Source: Lentisphaerota bacterium (GTDB lineage: Bacteria; Verrucomicrobiota; Kiritimatiellia; UBA8416; JABMPJ01). From it: DNA of 64,000 nucleotides. This document shows positions 20,008-30,135 of the stretch, in pieces. The DNA is taken from the NCBI GenBank assembly GCA_013203785.1, contig JABMPJ010000047.1, forward strand, positions 2,459 to 66,458, in the 5' to 3' direction. The number at the start of each line of letters is the position of its first letter. Position 1 is the first letter of the stretch. The position numbers were made by a program, and so were the translations under genes. Under the pieces are notes generated by a model. That model was not told the DNA's origin. It was given only the letters and a program-made list of their open reading frames with translations, and ran no database searches.

Positions 20008-21219
20008 ATGAGTAACGCACAGAAGACCATCATTTTTCTCGGGGACGGCATGGCGGACGAACCCATTGCCGAACTGGGTAACCGCACCCCCCTACAGGCG
20101 GCGCATACGCCGGGCATGGACTCCATCGCCCGCGATGGCCGCTCGGGGACGCTTCTGACGCTGCCAGAGGGGTTCCCCACCAGCAGCGACGTGGCCAACA
20201 TGTCGGTCCTGGGGTGCAATCTGACGACGGACTATTGCGGGCGGGGTGCCCTTGAGGCGGTCGGCCGCGGCGTACACCTTGGTCCCGACGACATCGCCTT
20301 TCGGATTAATCTGACTACCGTCGAAAATGGCATCCTGCGAGATTTCTCGGGGGGGCATGTGGACCCTAAGCCGGCCGCGCAATTGATTGAACTCCTCAAT
20401 AAGGCCTTCGGAACCGCGACGGTGCGCTTTCACAGCGGTGTCAGCTACCGCAACATTCTGGTGCTGTCGGGAGCGGAATATTCTGCCGATCTGGACGCCG
20501 ACAAGCCGGATGACAATCAGGGCAATCCCGTTGAGGAACATTTGCCGACCGCACGCTCGGCCAAGGCAGAAGCGACCGCCGCTCTGCTGCGCAAACTGAT
20601 CGCTGAAGCGCCAGCCGTTTTGGCGGCCAGCGACGTGGTCGCCAAACTGACGGCAGCGGGGCATCCCCCCGTGAATGGCATCTGGCCTTGGAGCGGTGGG
20701 CGCGCGGGGGCCATTCGGACCCTGGAGCAGCGATTTGGCATCAGCAGTGCCGTCATCTCAGCCGTGGATGTCATCATGGGGCTGGGCATCTGCCTCGGCA
20801 TGGAACCGATTGCTGTTGAGGGGGCTACGGGCTACATAGACACCAACTATGAAGGCAAGGCCGACGCGGCGATTGAGGCCATCAAGCGGCACGACCTGGT
20901 CTATCTTCATGTGGAGGCGGTGGACGAAGTCTCGCATGCGCAGGACTTGAAGCTGAAGCTCTCCGCCATCGAAGACTTTGACCGTCGTGTGGTGACACGC
21001 GTGTTGGAGGCCGTGGGCCCAGACGTAGCCGCTGTCGTCCTGCCCGATCATCCGGTACCGATACGCCTCGGCAAGCATACGCGCACACCGGTACCGGTAG
21101 CGGTCCGCAGGCCGGGCGTTGCGCCGGACCACGTGCTGACCTTCGATGAAACAGCCTGCCTCGATGGCGCGCTCGCGCACATGCGCGGCCCTGAGCTGAT
21201 GGAGCTTCTGTTCGGTTAG
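20008..21219 (+). CDS. apgM: 2,3-bisphosphoglycerate-independent phosphoglycerate mutase, archaeal type (alkaline-phosphatase superfamily)
   Basis: N-terminus MSNAQKTIIFLGDGMADEP...TPLQAAHTPGMDSIA and a length of ~400 aa, typical of the ApgM family. ATG at 20008 (the track ORF starts upstream at 19921). Confidence 0.75.
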   Translation: MSNAQKTIIFLGDGMADEPIAELGNRTPLQAAHTPGMDSIARDGRSGTLLTLPEGFPTSSDVANMSVLGCNLTTDYCGRGALEAVGRGVHLGPDDIAFRINLTTVENGILRDFSGGHVDPKPAAQLIELLNKAFGTATVRFHSGVSYRNILVLSGAEYSADLDADKPDDNQGNPVEEHLPTARSAKAEATAALLRKLIAEAPAVLAASDVVAKLTAAGHPPVNGIWPWSGGRAGAIRTLEQRFGISSAVISAVDVIMGLGICLGMEPIAVEGATGYIDTNYEGKADAAIEAIKRHDLVYLHVEAVDEVSHAQDLKLKLSAIEDFDRRVVTRVLEAVGPDVAAVVLPDHPVPIRLGKHTRTPVPVAVRRPGVAPDHVLTFDETACLDGALAHMRGPELMELLFG

Positions 21220-21252
21220 GGCCGTTTAAGTAATGTCGTAGCCAATCCTCCT

Positions 21253-21302
21253 GGAGGGTCGCGCTCTGTCGCGACTGCGGACGCGACGGAGCGCGTCCCT
21301 CC
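21253..21302. terminator. Bulged GC-rich hairpin between convergent apgM and lolD (candidate bidirectional terminator, no U-tract)
   Basis: ggagggtcgcgctc (21253-21266) pairs with gagcgcgtccctcc (21289-21302) at 13/14. An inner stem gtcgcg/cgcgac lies at 21268-21287. Confidence 0.3.
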
Positions 21303-21340
21303 AAGATCAGGCGACCGGCTACGGTTCTTCGGAAACGGCT

Positions 21341-22024
21341 CTAGGCCAACGGATGGATGCCGCCGTCGCGGAGCTCGAGCACGCGATCGCAGCGCTCGGC
21401 CACACGGCGATTGTGGGTCACCATGACCAGGGCGTGCCCACGGCCAAGCGTCAGAGAGAGCAGTAGGTCCAGGACAAGACCGCCCGTCTCATCATCCAGG
21501 TTCCCGGTGGGTTCATCGGCCAAGACCAGCTGCGGGCTGTTCATCAGCGCCCGCGCCAGCGCCGCGCGCTGCTGCTCGCCGCCGGAGAGCTCCATCGGGA
21601 GGTGCCCCTCGCGCTCGGCCAATCCCACAGACGCCAGGAGTTCCCGCGCGCGGGCGCGGGCGCGGCGGGCACCATGCAACCAATCGGGCAGCGCCATGGC
21701 TGGCAATACCACGTTTTCCAGGAGATCCATCTCCGGCAGGAGGTGGTAGGACTGGAAGACAAACCCAATGTCAGTAGCACGTAGACGGGTGCGACGCGAG
21801 GCGCTGACGCCGTAGACATCCACGCCATTCACCGCCACACGCCCGGCGTCGGGGCGGTCCAAGCCGCCCAGCACATGGAGCAGCGTGCTCTTCCCGGCGC
21901 CGCTGGCCCCAATAATGGCGACGCTCTCTCCGGCGCGGACCGCTAGCTCCGCATCGCGCAGCACGTCAATACGCGCCTTGCCCAAGTGGTAGGTCTTGTC
22001 CAATTTTTCAGCGATCAACAGCAT
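21341..22024 (-). CDS. lolD: Lipoprotein-releasing system ATP-binding protein (ABC ATPase)
   Basis: Walker A GASGAGKSTLLHVLGG, ABC signature LSGGEQQRAALARAL, Walker B LVLADEPTGNLD. ATG at 22022-22024 (GTG at 22033 in the track). Confidence 0.85.
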   Translation of the reverse strand: MLLIAEKLDKTYHLGKARIDVLRDAELAVRAGESVAIIGASGAGKSTLLHVLGGLDRPDAGRVAVNGVDVYGVSASRRTRLRATDIGFVFQSYHLLPEMDLLENVVLPAMALPDWLHGARRARARARELLASVGLAEREGHLPMELSGGEQQRAALARALMNSPQLVLADEPTGNLDDETGGLVLDLLLSLTLGRGHALVMVTHNRRVAERCDRVLELRDGGIHPLA

Positions 22025-22032
22025 GGTAGTCA

Positions 22033-23259
22033 CTATTCCTGGCGAAGGGCCCGCACCGGATCGAGTCGTGCCGCTCGATAGGCCGGCAGAATACTGGAGA
22101 GCGTGCAGAAGACCATGACGAAGGCGGCGATCTGGATGATTTCGGACGTGGAGGTGCTCCAGGGGATTTCGCTCAGCCCGTAGATCTCCTTAGGGAATAC
22201 TTCAACGCTGATCGACGTAAGAGCCGACACAATATTGGCCAGGTTGTTTAAGACGAGGAGGCCCGTCCCAATCCCCCCGGCAATACCCACCAGGCATTGG
22301 ATCCAGCCCAGCCAGACAAATGCCCCCATGATCTTGAGGGAGGAGAACCCCAGCGCTTTGAGGAGGCCGATCTCGCCGGTCTTCTGAACCGTAATGACGA
22401 TCAGAGTATTGGTCACACAGAAGATGGCGACAATGGTGATAAAGACGAGAAGGATAAACATCATCGCCTTTTCATGTCGCAGGGCGTCAAAGAGTACGCT
22501 ATCCATCTGCTGCCAGCTCTTGACGTCGTAGGCGGGTCCCAGTTCTGACCGCAGGGCGGTCGCGTACGTATCGACATTGAAAGCGTTATCGGTCATGACG
22601 TAAATACTGTGTGAGCCAGATTCCAAGCCCACCAGATCACGCGCCACGCCGAGCGAGGTGAAGACAAACCCGGAATCAAAATCGCGCATCCCCATGTCGA
22701 AGACACCTGACACGACCAACTCCTCGGGCAGATACATCTCGTCCATGGCGACCACGTTCATGGGGCTGTAGAGCAGCACCGTATCGCCCACGCGCACCCC
22801 CATGCTGTCGGCCAGATCGATGCCCATGACAATCGAATCATTGCCCAGCTCGAAGACACCTCGTGTCATGTGCTCCGTCACCCGGCTGATACGATCGACA
22901 CGCTCCGACGGCAGACCCAATACTACCGGGGCCACCAGACGGCCTTCGTACTGTAGCAGAACCCGCGTCTGCACACTGGGGGCGGCCCCGCTCACACCAT
23001 CCAACGCTTCGATCCTCCTGCAGAGCGCTTCCTCCTGCTCGATCGGACCATACATGCCCGTCACGATCAGATGCGGCTTGAAGCTCAGAATTTTCTCGCG
23101 CCACATGTCATCGAAGCCGGTCATGACCGAAAGGACAATCACCAGGATGGCGACTCCCAGTAAGACCCCCAGAACCGAAATCACCGTTACAACAGAGGTA
23201 AAACTGCGTTTAGGCCGCAGATACTTGAGCGCAAGGAAGCATGAAAAGGGTAGTCGCAT
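22033..23259 (-). CDS. lolC: Lipoprotein-releasing system permease (LolC/LolE family, FtsX-like)
   Basis: MRLPFSCFLALKYLRPKRSFTSVVTVISVLGV... followed by a periplasmic domain and a C-terminal FtsX-type 3-TM domain. First ATG at 23259. One-bp overlap with lolD. Confidence 0.8.
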   Translation of the reverse strand: MRLPFSCFLALKYLRPKRSFTSVVTVISVLGVLLGVAILVIVLSVMTGFDDMWREKILSFKPHLIVTGMYGPIEQEEALCRRIEALDGVSGAAPSVQTRVLLQYEGRLVAPVVLGLPSERVDRISRVTEHMTRGVFELGNDSIVMGIDLADSMGVRVGDTVLLYSPMNVVAMDEMYLPEELVVSGVFDMGMRDFDSGFVFTSLGVARDLVGLESGSHSIYVMTDNAFNVDTYATALRSELGPAYDVKSWQQMDSVLFDALRHEKAMMFILLVFITIVAIFCVTNTLIVITVQKTGEIGLLKALGFSSLKIMGAFVWLGWIQCLVGIAGGIGTGLLVLNNLANIVSALTSISVEVFPKEIYGLSEIPWSTSTSEIIQIAAFVMVFCTLSSILPAYRAARLDPVRALRQE

Positions 23260-23306
23260 TGAGAGGTCAGCAATCCGTGTTTTAGTGTTCAGACAATCGA
23301 CAGTGA

Positions 23307-24752
23307 TCAATCGGCTTTCCGCTTAAGCTGCGGAAAGAGGATGACGTCGCGAATGGCTTCCGCGCCGGAAAGGATCATCATGAGGCGATCAATGCCAACC
23401 CCCATGCCGCCCGCCGGCGGCATACCGTGCTCTAGCGCTGTAATAAAGTCGATGTCGAGCTTGCTGGCGTCGTCGCCGACCTGGTCCAGGAAGCGTTGGC
23501 GCTGCTCGATCGGATCGTTCATTTCGGTGTAGGCCGGTGCGACCTCCTGCCCCCGAATGACCAGCTCGAAGACATCCACCAGCGAGGGATCGTCGCTGCA
23601 GGTGCGAGCCAACGGCACCAGATTGGCGGGCAGACGCGTCACAAAAGTGGGCTGGATAAGCGACGGCTCGATGGTCTTTTCATAAACCTCATGCGTCACC
23701 ATGAGCAGGTCCCAGCCGGGATCCAGGCTCAGCCCCAGCGCTTCGGCCTGGGCACAGGCATCGGTCAGGGGCAGATCGAACCATCCCTCGCCCATCTTCT
23801 CCTTGACCAGCGCGTGGTAGGTGACCTCGCGCCAGGGGGGCGTCAGATCAAGGGCCGTCTCCCCCTCGCCGATCACGAGCGAGCCGAAGACGCTTTGAGC
23901 CACATGGGTGATCATGCCCTGGATCAGCTCGTGCATGCCGGTGACGTCCGAAAAGGCTTCGTAAATCTCAAGCATCGTGAACTCGGGATTGTGCGTGCGA
24001 TCCAGCCCCTCGTTTCGGAAGTTACGGTTCAGCTCGAAAACCTTGTCGAAGCCGCCCACGAGCAGCCGCTTGAGATAGAGTTCAGGCGCGATACGCATAT
24101 AGACATCGGAGCCCAAGGCGCCGTAATGCGTCACAAACGGCTTCGCGGCGGCCCCCCCCGCCTGTGCCTGTAGCATGGGTGTCTCGACCTCCATGAATCC
24201 GCGGTCCGCCAAGTACTGCCGGATCTCGCGAATCATGGCGAAGCGCTTGTTGAATAGCTCGCGGACCTCCGGGTTCCCGATCAGATCCAGGTAGCGCTGG
24301 CGATAGCGCATCTCAACATCTTTGAGCCCGTGCCACTTCTCGGGAGGTGGCAGGAGCGCCTTGGAAAGCAGGGTCCAACGGGTGATCTTAATCGTAGCTT
24401 CGCCGGTGCGGGTCGTAAACAGCTCACCTTCGATGCCGATATGGTCGCCTAAATCGAGCAAATTAAAGGCCTTGAAGGCCTCCTCCCCTAACGTCTTCAT
24501 CTGTACGTAAAGCTGAAAGCGGTCGCTGCCATCGCGCAGGTCGGCAAAGATACTCTTGCCCATGTCGCGCACCGTAGCCAAGCGGCCCGCCGCCTTGACC
24601 GTCCGCCCCTCTTCAAATGCGGCACGCAGCTCGGAGAGCGAGCCGGACCGCTCAAATGCACGCCCATAGGGGGGATACCCCAGCATCTGCAGGGCGGCTA
24701 GGTTGGCCAGGCGCTGCTCACGATACTCGTTGCTCGATTCTGTCTCACTCAT
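23307..24752 (-). CDS. lysS: Lysine--tRNA ligase (class II)
   Basis: MSETESSNEYREQRLANL...FVTRLPANLVPLARTCSDDPSLVDVFELVIRGQEVAPAYTEMNDPIEQRQRF, a class II motif set. ATG at 24750-24752. Four-bp overlap with the lolC ORF. Confidence 0.9.
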   Translation of the reverse strand: MSETESSNEYREQRLANLAALQMLGYPPYGRAFERSGSLSELRAAFEEGRTVKAAGRLATVRDMGKSIFADLRDGSDRFQLYVQMKTLGEEAFKAFNLLDLGDHIGIEGELFTTRTGEATIKITRWTLLSKALLPPPEKWHGLKDVEMRYRQRYLDLIGNPEVRELFNKRFAMIREIRQYLADRGFMEVETPMLQAQAGGAAAKPFVTHYGALGSDVYMRIAPELYLKRLLVGGFDKVFELNRNFRNEGLDRTHNPEFTMLEIYEAFSDVTGMHELIQGMITHVAQSVFGSLVIGEGETALDLTPPWREVTYHALVKEKMGEGWFDLPLTDACAQAEALGLSLDPGWDLLMVTHEVYEKTIEPSLIQPTFVTRLPANLVPLARTCSDDPSLVDVFELVIRGQEVAPAYTEMNDPIEQRQRFLDQVGDDASKLDIDFITALEHGMPPAGGMGVGIDRLMMILSGAEAIRDVILFPQLKRKAD

Positions 24753-24855
24753 GGACCCTCTCTTCCACCTCCCTGTCAACATAAAGCGCAGCATACTACC
24801 CGCTTCTGCTCCAAAATGAAACATTGAAAGGTGGCGGAAAATAAATATGGTAGGC

Positions 24856-24869
24856 ATAAACATGTTTAT
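24856..24869. promoter_or_regulatory. Perfect 14-bp palindrome ATAAACATGTTTAT in the AT-rich divergent lysS/oxidoreductase promoter region
   Basis: The 24753-25005 intergenic region is markedly AT-rich relative to its surroundings. The palindrome reads identically on both strands. Confidence 0.4.
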
Positions 24870-25005
24870 TCTGAAGATAATGCGTATGTATTGCCTGTAA
24901 TAGCCAGACAAGGGAATCTCCCTATTCGCGTTTTGCAATGTTTCTTGTTGCATGGACTCTCACCTCATAGTAACCTTCCCCAGAATTTTGGAGCAGAGGA
25001 GGGAT

Positions 25006-26163
25006 ATGAACCGTAAGTTAAAAATGGGCATGGTGGGTGGCGGACGGGATGCATTTATCGGCGGGGTGCACCGTATGGCGGCCCAGATGGATGGGCAAAT
25101 TGAGCTGGTGTGTGGGGCATTCAGCAGTACACCTCAAAAATCCAAGCTCAGTGGCAAAGACCTGCACCTGCCTGCTGATCGTGTTTACGGGACCTACCGG
25201 GAGATGATCAGGAAGGAAGGCAAGCTACCTGAAGGCGACCGGATGGACTTCATCTGCATCGTGACACCCAATAACATGCACTACCCTATCGCGATGGCCG
25301 CGCTGGACGGCGGCTTCCACGTGGCGTGCGACAAGCCGATGACGCTCAATCTGGACGAAGCCCAGAATCTGGAGCGTAAGATTGAGGCGACCGGTCAGCT
25401 CTTCTGTCTGACGCACAACTACACGGGCTACCCCATGGTCAAAGAAGGACGCGACCTGATTGCCCGAGGCAAACTGGGGGCCATTCGCCGAGTCGTTGTG
25501 GAATACCCTCAAGGCTGGCTGGTAGAACGGCTGGAGGCCACAGGCCAGAAACAGGCCTCCTGGCGCACCGACGCGCGCTTTGCGGGGGCGTCGTGCTGTA
25601 TTGGCGATATAGGTAGCCACTGCCACAATCTGGCTGAATACATGACCGGCTCACGTATCACCGAGGTCTGTGCCGATCTCAACATTTTCGTCAAGGGGCG
25701 AACGCTGGATGACGATGGCAGCGTGCTCATTCGTTTTGAGAATGGGGCGCGTGGCATGCTGTGGGCCAGCCAGGTGGCCGTCGGCGAGGAGAACGCCCTG
25801 AACATCCGCATCTATGGAGACAAGGGCACCCTGGAGTGGCACCAGCAGGAACCCAACTCTCTGATCGTGCGCTGGCCGAACAAACCCGCCGAGGTGCGCC
25901 GTACATCGACACCAGGTCTGAGCAAGGTGGCGGCCGCCGCCGCGCGCCTCCCGGCGGGACATACGGAGGGCTACTTGGAGAGCTTTGCCAACATCTACTC
26001 GAACTTCGCGCAGGCCATGGCCCGCAGGATCGAAGGTAAGCCCATGGATGAGAGCAAGTTTGACTACCCGAAGGTGCGTGACGGCGTTCGCGGGATGTTC
26101 TTCATCGACACGGTCGTCAAGAGTGCCGCGGGCGAAGAAAAGTGGCTCGAAGTTCCTGAGTAA
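25006..26163 (+). CDS. Gfo/Idh/MocA-family NAD(P)-dependent oxidoreductase
   Basis: MNRKLKMGMVGGGRDAFIGGVHRMAA is a Rossmann N-terminus. The C-terminal domain and length (~385 aa) are typical of the family. ATG at 25006. Confidence 0.85.
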   Translation: MNRKLKMGMVGGGRDAFIGGVHRMAAQMDGQIELVCGAFSSTPQKSKLSGKDLHLPADRVYGTYREMIRKEGKLPEGDRMDFICIVTPNNMHYPIAMAALDGGFHVACDKPMTLNLDEAQNLERKIEATGQLFCLTHNYTGYPMVKEGRDLIARGKLGAIRRVVVEYPQGWLVERLEATGQKQASWRTDARFAGASCCIGDIGSHCHNLAEYMTGSRITEVCADLNIFVKGRTLDDDGSVLIRFENGARGMLWASQVAVGEENALNIRIYGDKGTLEWHQQEPNSLIVRWPNKPAEVRRTSTPGLSKVAAAAARLPAGHTEGYLESFANIYSNFAQAMARRIEGKPMDESKFDYPKVRDGVRGMFFIDTVVKSAAGEEKWLEVPE

Positions 26164-26382
26164 GCGGCAGCAATTCGCACGATAACAGCATCTCCTCCAC
26201 CATGGCCCCGGACGTCCGGGGTGGCTCTCCCGAAGCAGTACTGTGTTCTTCAGGGCGCGAGGGCGAGCGGCCTCGCGAGCCGGGGCCATAGTCAGAACTG
26301 CCGAGTCGGCTGCGGGCGGCCTTGCAGAAGCTAGCGTCCTCACGATAGACTCTCCCCTTCGACACCACATGTCACACAGGGA

Positions 26383-27279
26383 ATGTCTATGGAGAGCTTG
26401 TTCCAAACGGTCGACCCCGCCAGCATCCCTTTCGCACTGCAGGTCATTGGATCCTTGATGGGCGTGGCCATCGTGTTGGGCGTCGCATTCGACGTGGTCC
26501 TCTTGATCCTGATGCGCCGCCACCCTCTCGCACGCCCGGCCTACGCGGAACGCATGCGACGTCGCCCATGGTCCTGGCGTGAAGCAGGCTTTCTGATCAT
26601 GGTGCTCATCCTTGGATTCCTATGTAGCCAGGTGCTCGCCGAGATTCTGCTGGCGTTGGGCATGGAGAGCGGTGCGCAGCATATCATGCAGCTACAGACG
26701 CTTCTCTTCCAGGTGCTGGCGGTGGGAGTCATCATTTATCTGGTCCGTCGCCGCGGCGGCTCGTGGCGTGGGGCTTTTGGATTGGGCGATGGCCATGTGC
26801 TCCTTCGCATTGGACAAGGAGTCCTCTTCTACCTGGCCGCCATGCCGGTCGTGCTATTCTATGGACTGGTCTCCATGCTTATCCTCACAAGCCTCGGCCT
26901 GCCGCTCGACCGGCAGCCCGCCGTCGAGTTCATGCTCGACCCCACCCAACCGCTGCTCATGCAGCTCTACCTCGCAGTCCTGGCCATTATAGGGGCGCCC
27001 GTGATCGAAGAGGCGCTATTCCGAGGCGTGGCGCTGCCGGCCCTCCTCCGCCATACCACCCCTGCCCGTGCCATGCTGTTCGCCTCCCTCATCTTCGCGG
27101 CGATCCACTTGACCCCCAGCGCCGTCATCCCGCTCTTCGTCTTTGCCATGGCCCTTTCCCTGGCTTACCTCTACACGGGCAATATTCTTGTTCCGATCGT
27201 CATGCATCTGCTCTTCAACACCGTAAGCCTCGCGATGCTGGTGGTGGCGCGCACATGGGTACCGGACCTCGTGCCGTGA
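26383..27279 (+). CDS. CPBP-family intramembrane metalloprotease (CAAX protease-like)
   Basis: Multi-TM protein with the motifs GAPVIEEALFRGV and FAAIHL. Confidence 0.75.
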   Translation: MSMESLFQTVDPASIPFALQVIGSLMGVAIVLGVAFDVVLLILMRRHPLARPAYAERMRRRPWSWREAGFLIMVLILGFLCSQVLAEILLALGMESGAQHIMQLQTLLFQVLAVGVIIYLVRRRGGSWRGAFGLGDGHVLLRIGQGVLFYLAAMPVVLFYGLVSMLILTSLGLPLDRQPAVEFMLDPTQPLLMQLYLAVLAIIGAPVIEEALFRGVALPALLRHTTPARAMLFASLIFAAIHLTPSAVIPLFVFAMALSLAYLYTGNILVPIVMHLLFNTVSLAMLVVARTWVPDLVP

Positions 27280-27324
27280 GAATTGAGGTACCAATTGACG
27301 ATGGACCCTAAAGGAGTGATTACA

Positions 27325-29031
27325 ATGGCATATTTCCACCCCCACAACCTCGTAGCGGCCGTACTCATTTTGATTCACGCCGTACCGGTATTGCCTGCTG
27401 CCACCGTCCCCCTCGCCCTCGGCGTCGTTCGCCAGAGCAACGGGGTCTATCTGGTGGAAAACCACAGTTCAGCGGGGATTGTGTGGCACCTCGCCGGACA
27501 GCGCGGTGCAACCGTCGTGCACTTGGATGCCCATGATGACTGCCGCTTTGTTTCACAGGAGAAGCTCGACCGCCTGACCACTCTCTGGAAACAAGGGGCG
27601 ACGGATGAGATCTTCCGTCTCAGCGATCTTGGAAATGTCTCGTCATTCAAGGTTCGTCCGGAAGATACGCTATATGACCTGGGGAATTTCATCTATCCCT
27701 GCATCAGCGACGGAACCGTTGCTCGCCTCATATGGGTTCTGCCCGATTTCTCACTGGATGCCAGCGCGCGCGCACGACTACAGAGCCACTTGGCCACGGC
27801 CCTTCATCTCGAGACCCCCCGTTTCACCAATCAGCCCGACGGTTCCTTTTCGTTCCCGCTGCTTGAAGCCACCATGGTCGTCACGACTCTGGACGCCATG
27901 CAGCCCCTGCCCGCAGGAGCCCTGCTTGATATAGACGTCGATTTCTTCGCCTTCGATCGCGCACTGACTGACATCCATCTAAAAGGCGACCTACAGTGGG
28001 ACCCTGAGCTTGTCTGCACGCGGCTGGCAACGCTGGTGCCCTCCCCCGCGATTACCACCATTAGCGCCTCGGTCTACGGGGGTTACCTCCCCCTCCTCTT
28101 TCGCTTTATCGCCGATGCCTGCTTTGATGAGTTTGCCTCTGACTCTTATCCCCCTTACGCCCGTCGGCATCTGGATGCAATCCTCACCATGCGCCGAACG
28201 GCCGCTCCGGTGGCACTACCACCGCCGCCCGAGGATCCCACCTACTGTCCCGCCCACCGCCATTTAGAGGGACTCCTCAACCTGATGCAGCACGAGCCGG
28301 AGAAGGCGTTCGCCCTCATGGAAGCGGCGGCTCGCGAAAAACCAATCTACGCCAAAGCACTTCTAGATGCCGCCGAGGCACTGCGCCACATGGGCCAACC
28401 CGAAACCGCGAGCGCGAGCATCGATCGTTTTGAGGCCCTCCAAGGAGGGGCTACGACCGAATCCCGCGCCGAGCGGGTCCATGTGCTTCGCGCCCTCGGT
28501 CGGCTCAATGAGGCTGAGACCATGGCCAAAGTTTTGGTGGCTTGGAACCCCGATCCGCACCTTTTGCTCCTGCACGGTGGCATCCTTGTGGAACTACAAC
28601 GCTATGACGAAGCTACCGTGATCTACAAACACATCCTGGTTCAACACCCGCAGGACTACTTGGCGGCCTACAATTTGGGATATCTCGAGGAGTTACAAGG
28701 CCATGCCGAGCGCGCCATGGCGCTCTATCGCCAGGCGATAGCCTTGCGCCCGGCCTTCGCGGCAGCCCACGAAAACCTGGGCTACCTGCTCGCGAGAGAG
28801 AGCGCGTTCGAAGAGGCCCGGAGGCACCTCGAGAGCGCGATCGCCCTCGCACCCGAAAAAACGACCGCATGGGTCGGGCTGGGCGATGTATTATCGGTTC
28901 TGGATCAGTACGCCCAAGCCACCGCCTCCTATGAGGAGGTCCTACGGTTGCAGCCCGAAGGCCCCGAGGCCACGCATGCGCGCCAGTCGCTCAGGCGACT
29001 GGCAGCGCTCACGAAACCTGCCGCGCCTTAG
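27325..29031 (+). CDS. TPR-repeat protein with ~330-aa N-terminal domain of unknown function
   Basis: C-terminal half holds multiple TPR units (AYNLGYLEELQGHAERAMALYRQAIALRPAFAAAHENLGYLL...). The N-terminal part contains VVHLDAHDDC. ATG at 27325 preceded by AAAGGAG (the track start at 27283 is a TTG). Confidence 0.55.
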   Translation: MAYFHPHNLVAAVLILIHAVPVLPAATVPLALGVVRQSNGVYLVENHSSAGIVWHLAGQRGATVVHLDAHDDCRFVSQEKLDRLTTLWKQGATDEIFRLSDLGNVSSFKVRPEDTLYDLGNFIYPCISDGTVARLIWVLPDFSLDASARARLQSHLATALHLETPRFTNQPDGSFSFPLLEATMVVTTLDAMQPLPAGALLDIDVDFFAFDRALTDIHLKGDLQWDPELVCTRLATLVPSPAITTISASVYGGYLPLLFRFIADACFDEFASDSYPPYARRHLDAILTMRRTAAPVALPPPPEDPTYCPAHRHLEGLLNLMQHEPEKAFALMEAAAREKPIYAKALLDAAEALRHMGQPETASASIDRFEALQGGATTESRAERVHVLRALGRLNEAETMAKVLVAWNPDPHLLLLHGGILVELQRYDEATVIYKHILVQHPQDYLAAYNLGYLEELQGHAERAMALYRQAIALRPAFAAAHENLGYLLARESAFEEARRHLESAIALAPEKTTAWVGLGDVLSVLDQYAQATASYEEVLRLQPEGPEATHARQSLRRLAALTKPAAP

Positions 29032-30122
29032 CGCAACCAGCCACCCACAACCACTTCGGGCGTTGCATTGCTTCCCTCTGGCGTCCACGCGGGGCTCTGT
29101 GTGAGCGGATTGATCACAGCGTGATTCTCCACATAGATGTTATTGAGGGCCACCAGTGCACCCGTGATGTCGCGGTTGTTTCTGCTGACGATGTCGTTGC
29201 CAGCAAAAATAACACCATAGTAGGTATTGCGGTTGTGCAGCCCTATGTTCATTCCCGCCAACAGACAGGGCCAATTGGTGTTGAACGATGTCTGATAGAA
29301 TCGGTTGTTTATGGTGATACTGCCTGACGCCACCAGCGTCCCTGTCATACCACTGTTATTCGAAATCTCCACGTCGCCGTCCACGTAGACAATTCCGTTG
29401 GCAGGGGTAATGCTAGAGCCGCTGAGGGTTACGCTCGAGGGGTAGTAGATACCCCCCGCGATAGCCGCAGCCTTCCAGGCGTCGAATGGTTGAAAATCAG
29501 GAACCGGGATTCGTGCCGAATTGGGCAATTGGGAGTAGCCACCCGCCACGCCCACCTGCACGATGCCAACAGCTGACACATCGCCATTGACTTGGGTGTT
29601 CCCGGTTGAATGCAGCACATTCCCGTTGGCATGCACACTGCCGTTAATCTGGAGAGCGGCCGTCTCCAGCGTAACGTCGCCTTCAGCCAGAATGGCGTCG
29701 CCAGCACCCAGGGCACGATCACGCAGAAGGCTGATATCGCCGAGCAGTTCCACGACCGTGCTACGTCTCTCGCCCTGGCTCTGCCCCTCGCTCTCGATCA
29801 CCACGGCGGCCGTGGACATGTCGGTGGTCGTCGACACGACATAGGAGCCCTCACCGTAGTCGGACGTAAACGTCATGTCCATCCCGGCGACGTAGTTGGT
29901 GCTCATTCGCTCCAACGCATCAGCGACCCCCGCCTCGGCAATCGCCAGGGCCTGCACGCCATGCGTGATCTTGGTGGATTTGCGAGCCATGCTGCCGCTG
30001 ATCATCGAGATCGCAAATGCGGCCATCAGCATGAGTCCTGCCATGCAGAGAACAATCACCATGGCTGACCCCTCTTCCGTCGTCCATCCCACAATGCGGT
30101 GTCTGTTTTGTTGTGCCTTCAT
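29028..30122 (-). CDS. PilX-like minor pilin / pseudopilin with C-terminal beta-helix-like repeats
   Basis: N-terminal TM helix followed by ...HGVQALAIAEAGVADALERM (PilX_N-like). ATG at 30122 with AAGGGGG upstream. Four-bp convergent overlap with the TPR gene. Confidence 0.55.
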   Translation of the reverse strand: MKAQQNRHRIVGWTTEEGSAMVIVLCMAGLMLMAAFAISMISGSMARKSTKITHGVQALAIAEAGVADALERMSTNYVAGMDMTFTSDYGEGSYVVSTTTDMSTAAVVIESEGQSQGERRSTVVELLGDISLLRDRALGAGDAILAEGDVTLETAALQINGSVHANGNVLHSTGNTQVNGDVSAVGIVQVGVAGGYSQLPNSARIPVPDFQPFDAWKAAAIAGGIYYPSSVTLSGSSITPANGIVYVDGDVEISNNSGMTGTLVASGSITINNRFYQTSFNTNWPCLLAGMNIGLHNRNTYYGVIFAGNDIVSRNNRDITGALVALNNIYVENHAVINPLTQSPAWTPEGSNATPEVVVGGWLR

Positions 30123-30135
30123 TACTTGCCCCCTT

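Noticed and set aside
26200-26300. Two GC-rich palindromes (CCCCGGACGTCCGGGG; CGCGAGG-n8-CCTCGCG) after the oxidoreductase gene
   Set aside because: Possible terminators but no U-tract. They could equally be chance palindromes in GC-rich DNA. Not reported as features.
25651-26523. 290-aa minus-strand ORF overlapping the Gfo/Idh/MocA oxidoreductase and the CPBP gene start
   Set aside because: It spans an intergenic region and two real genes on the other strand. It has no motif content, is Arg-rich, and is not supported as coding.
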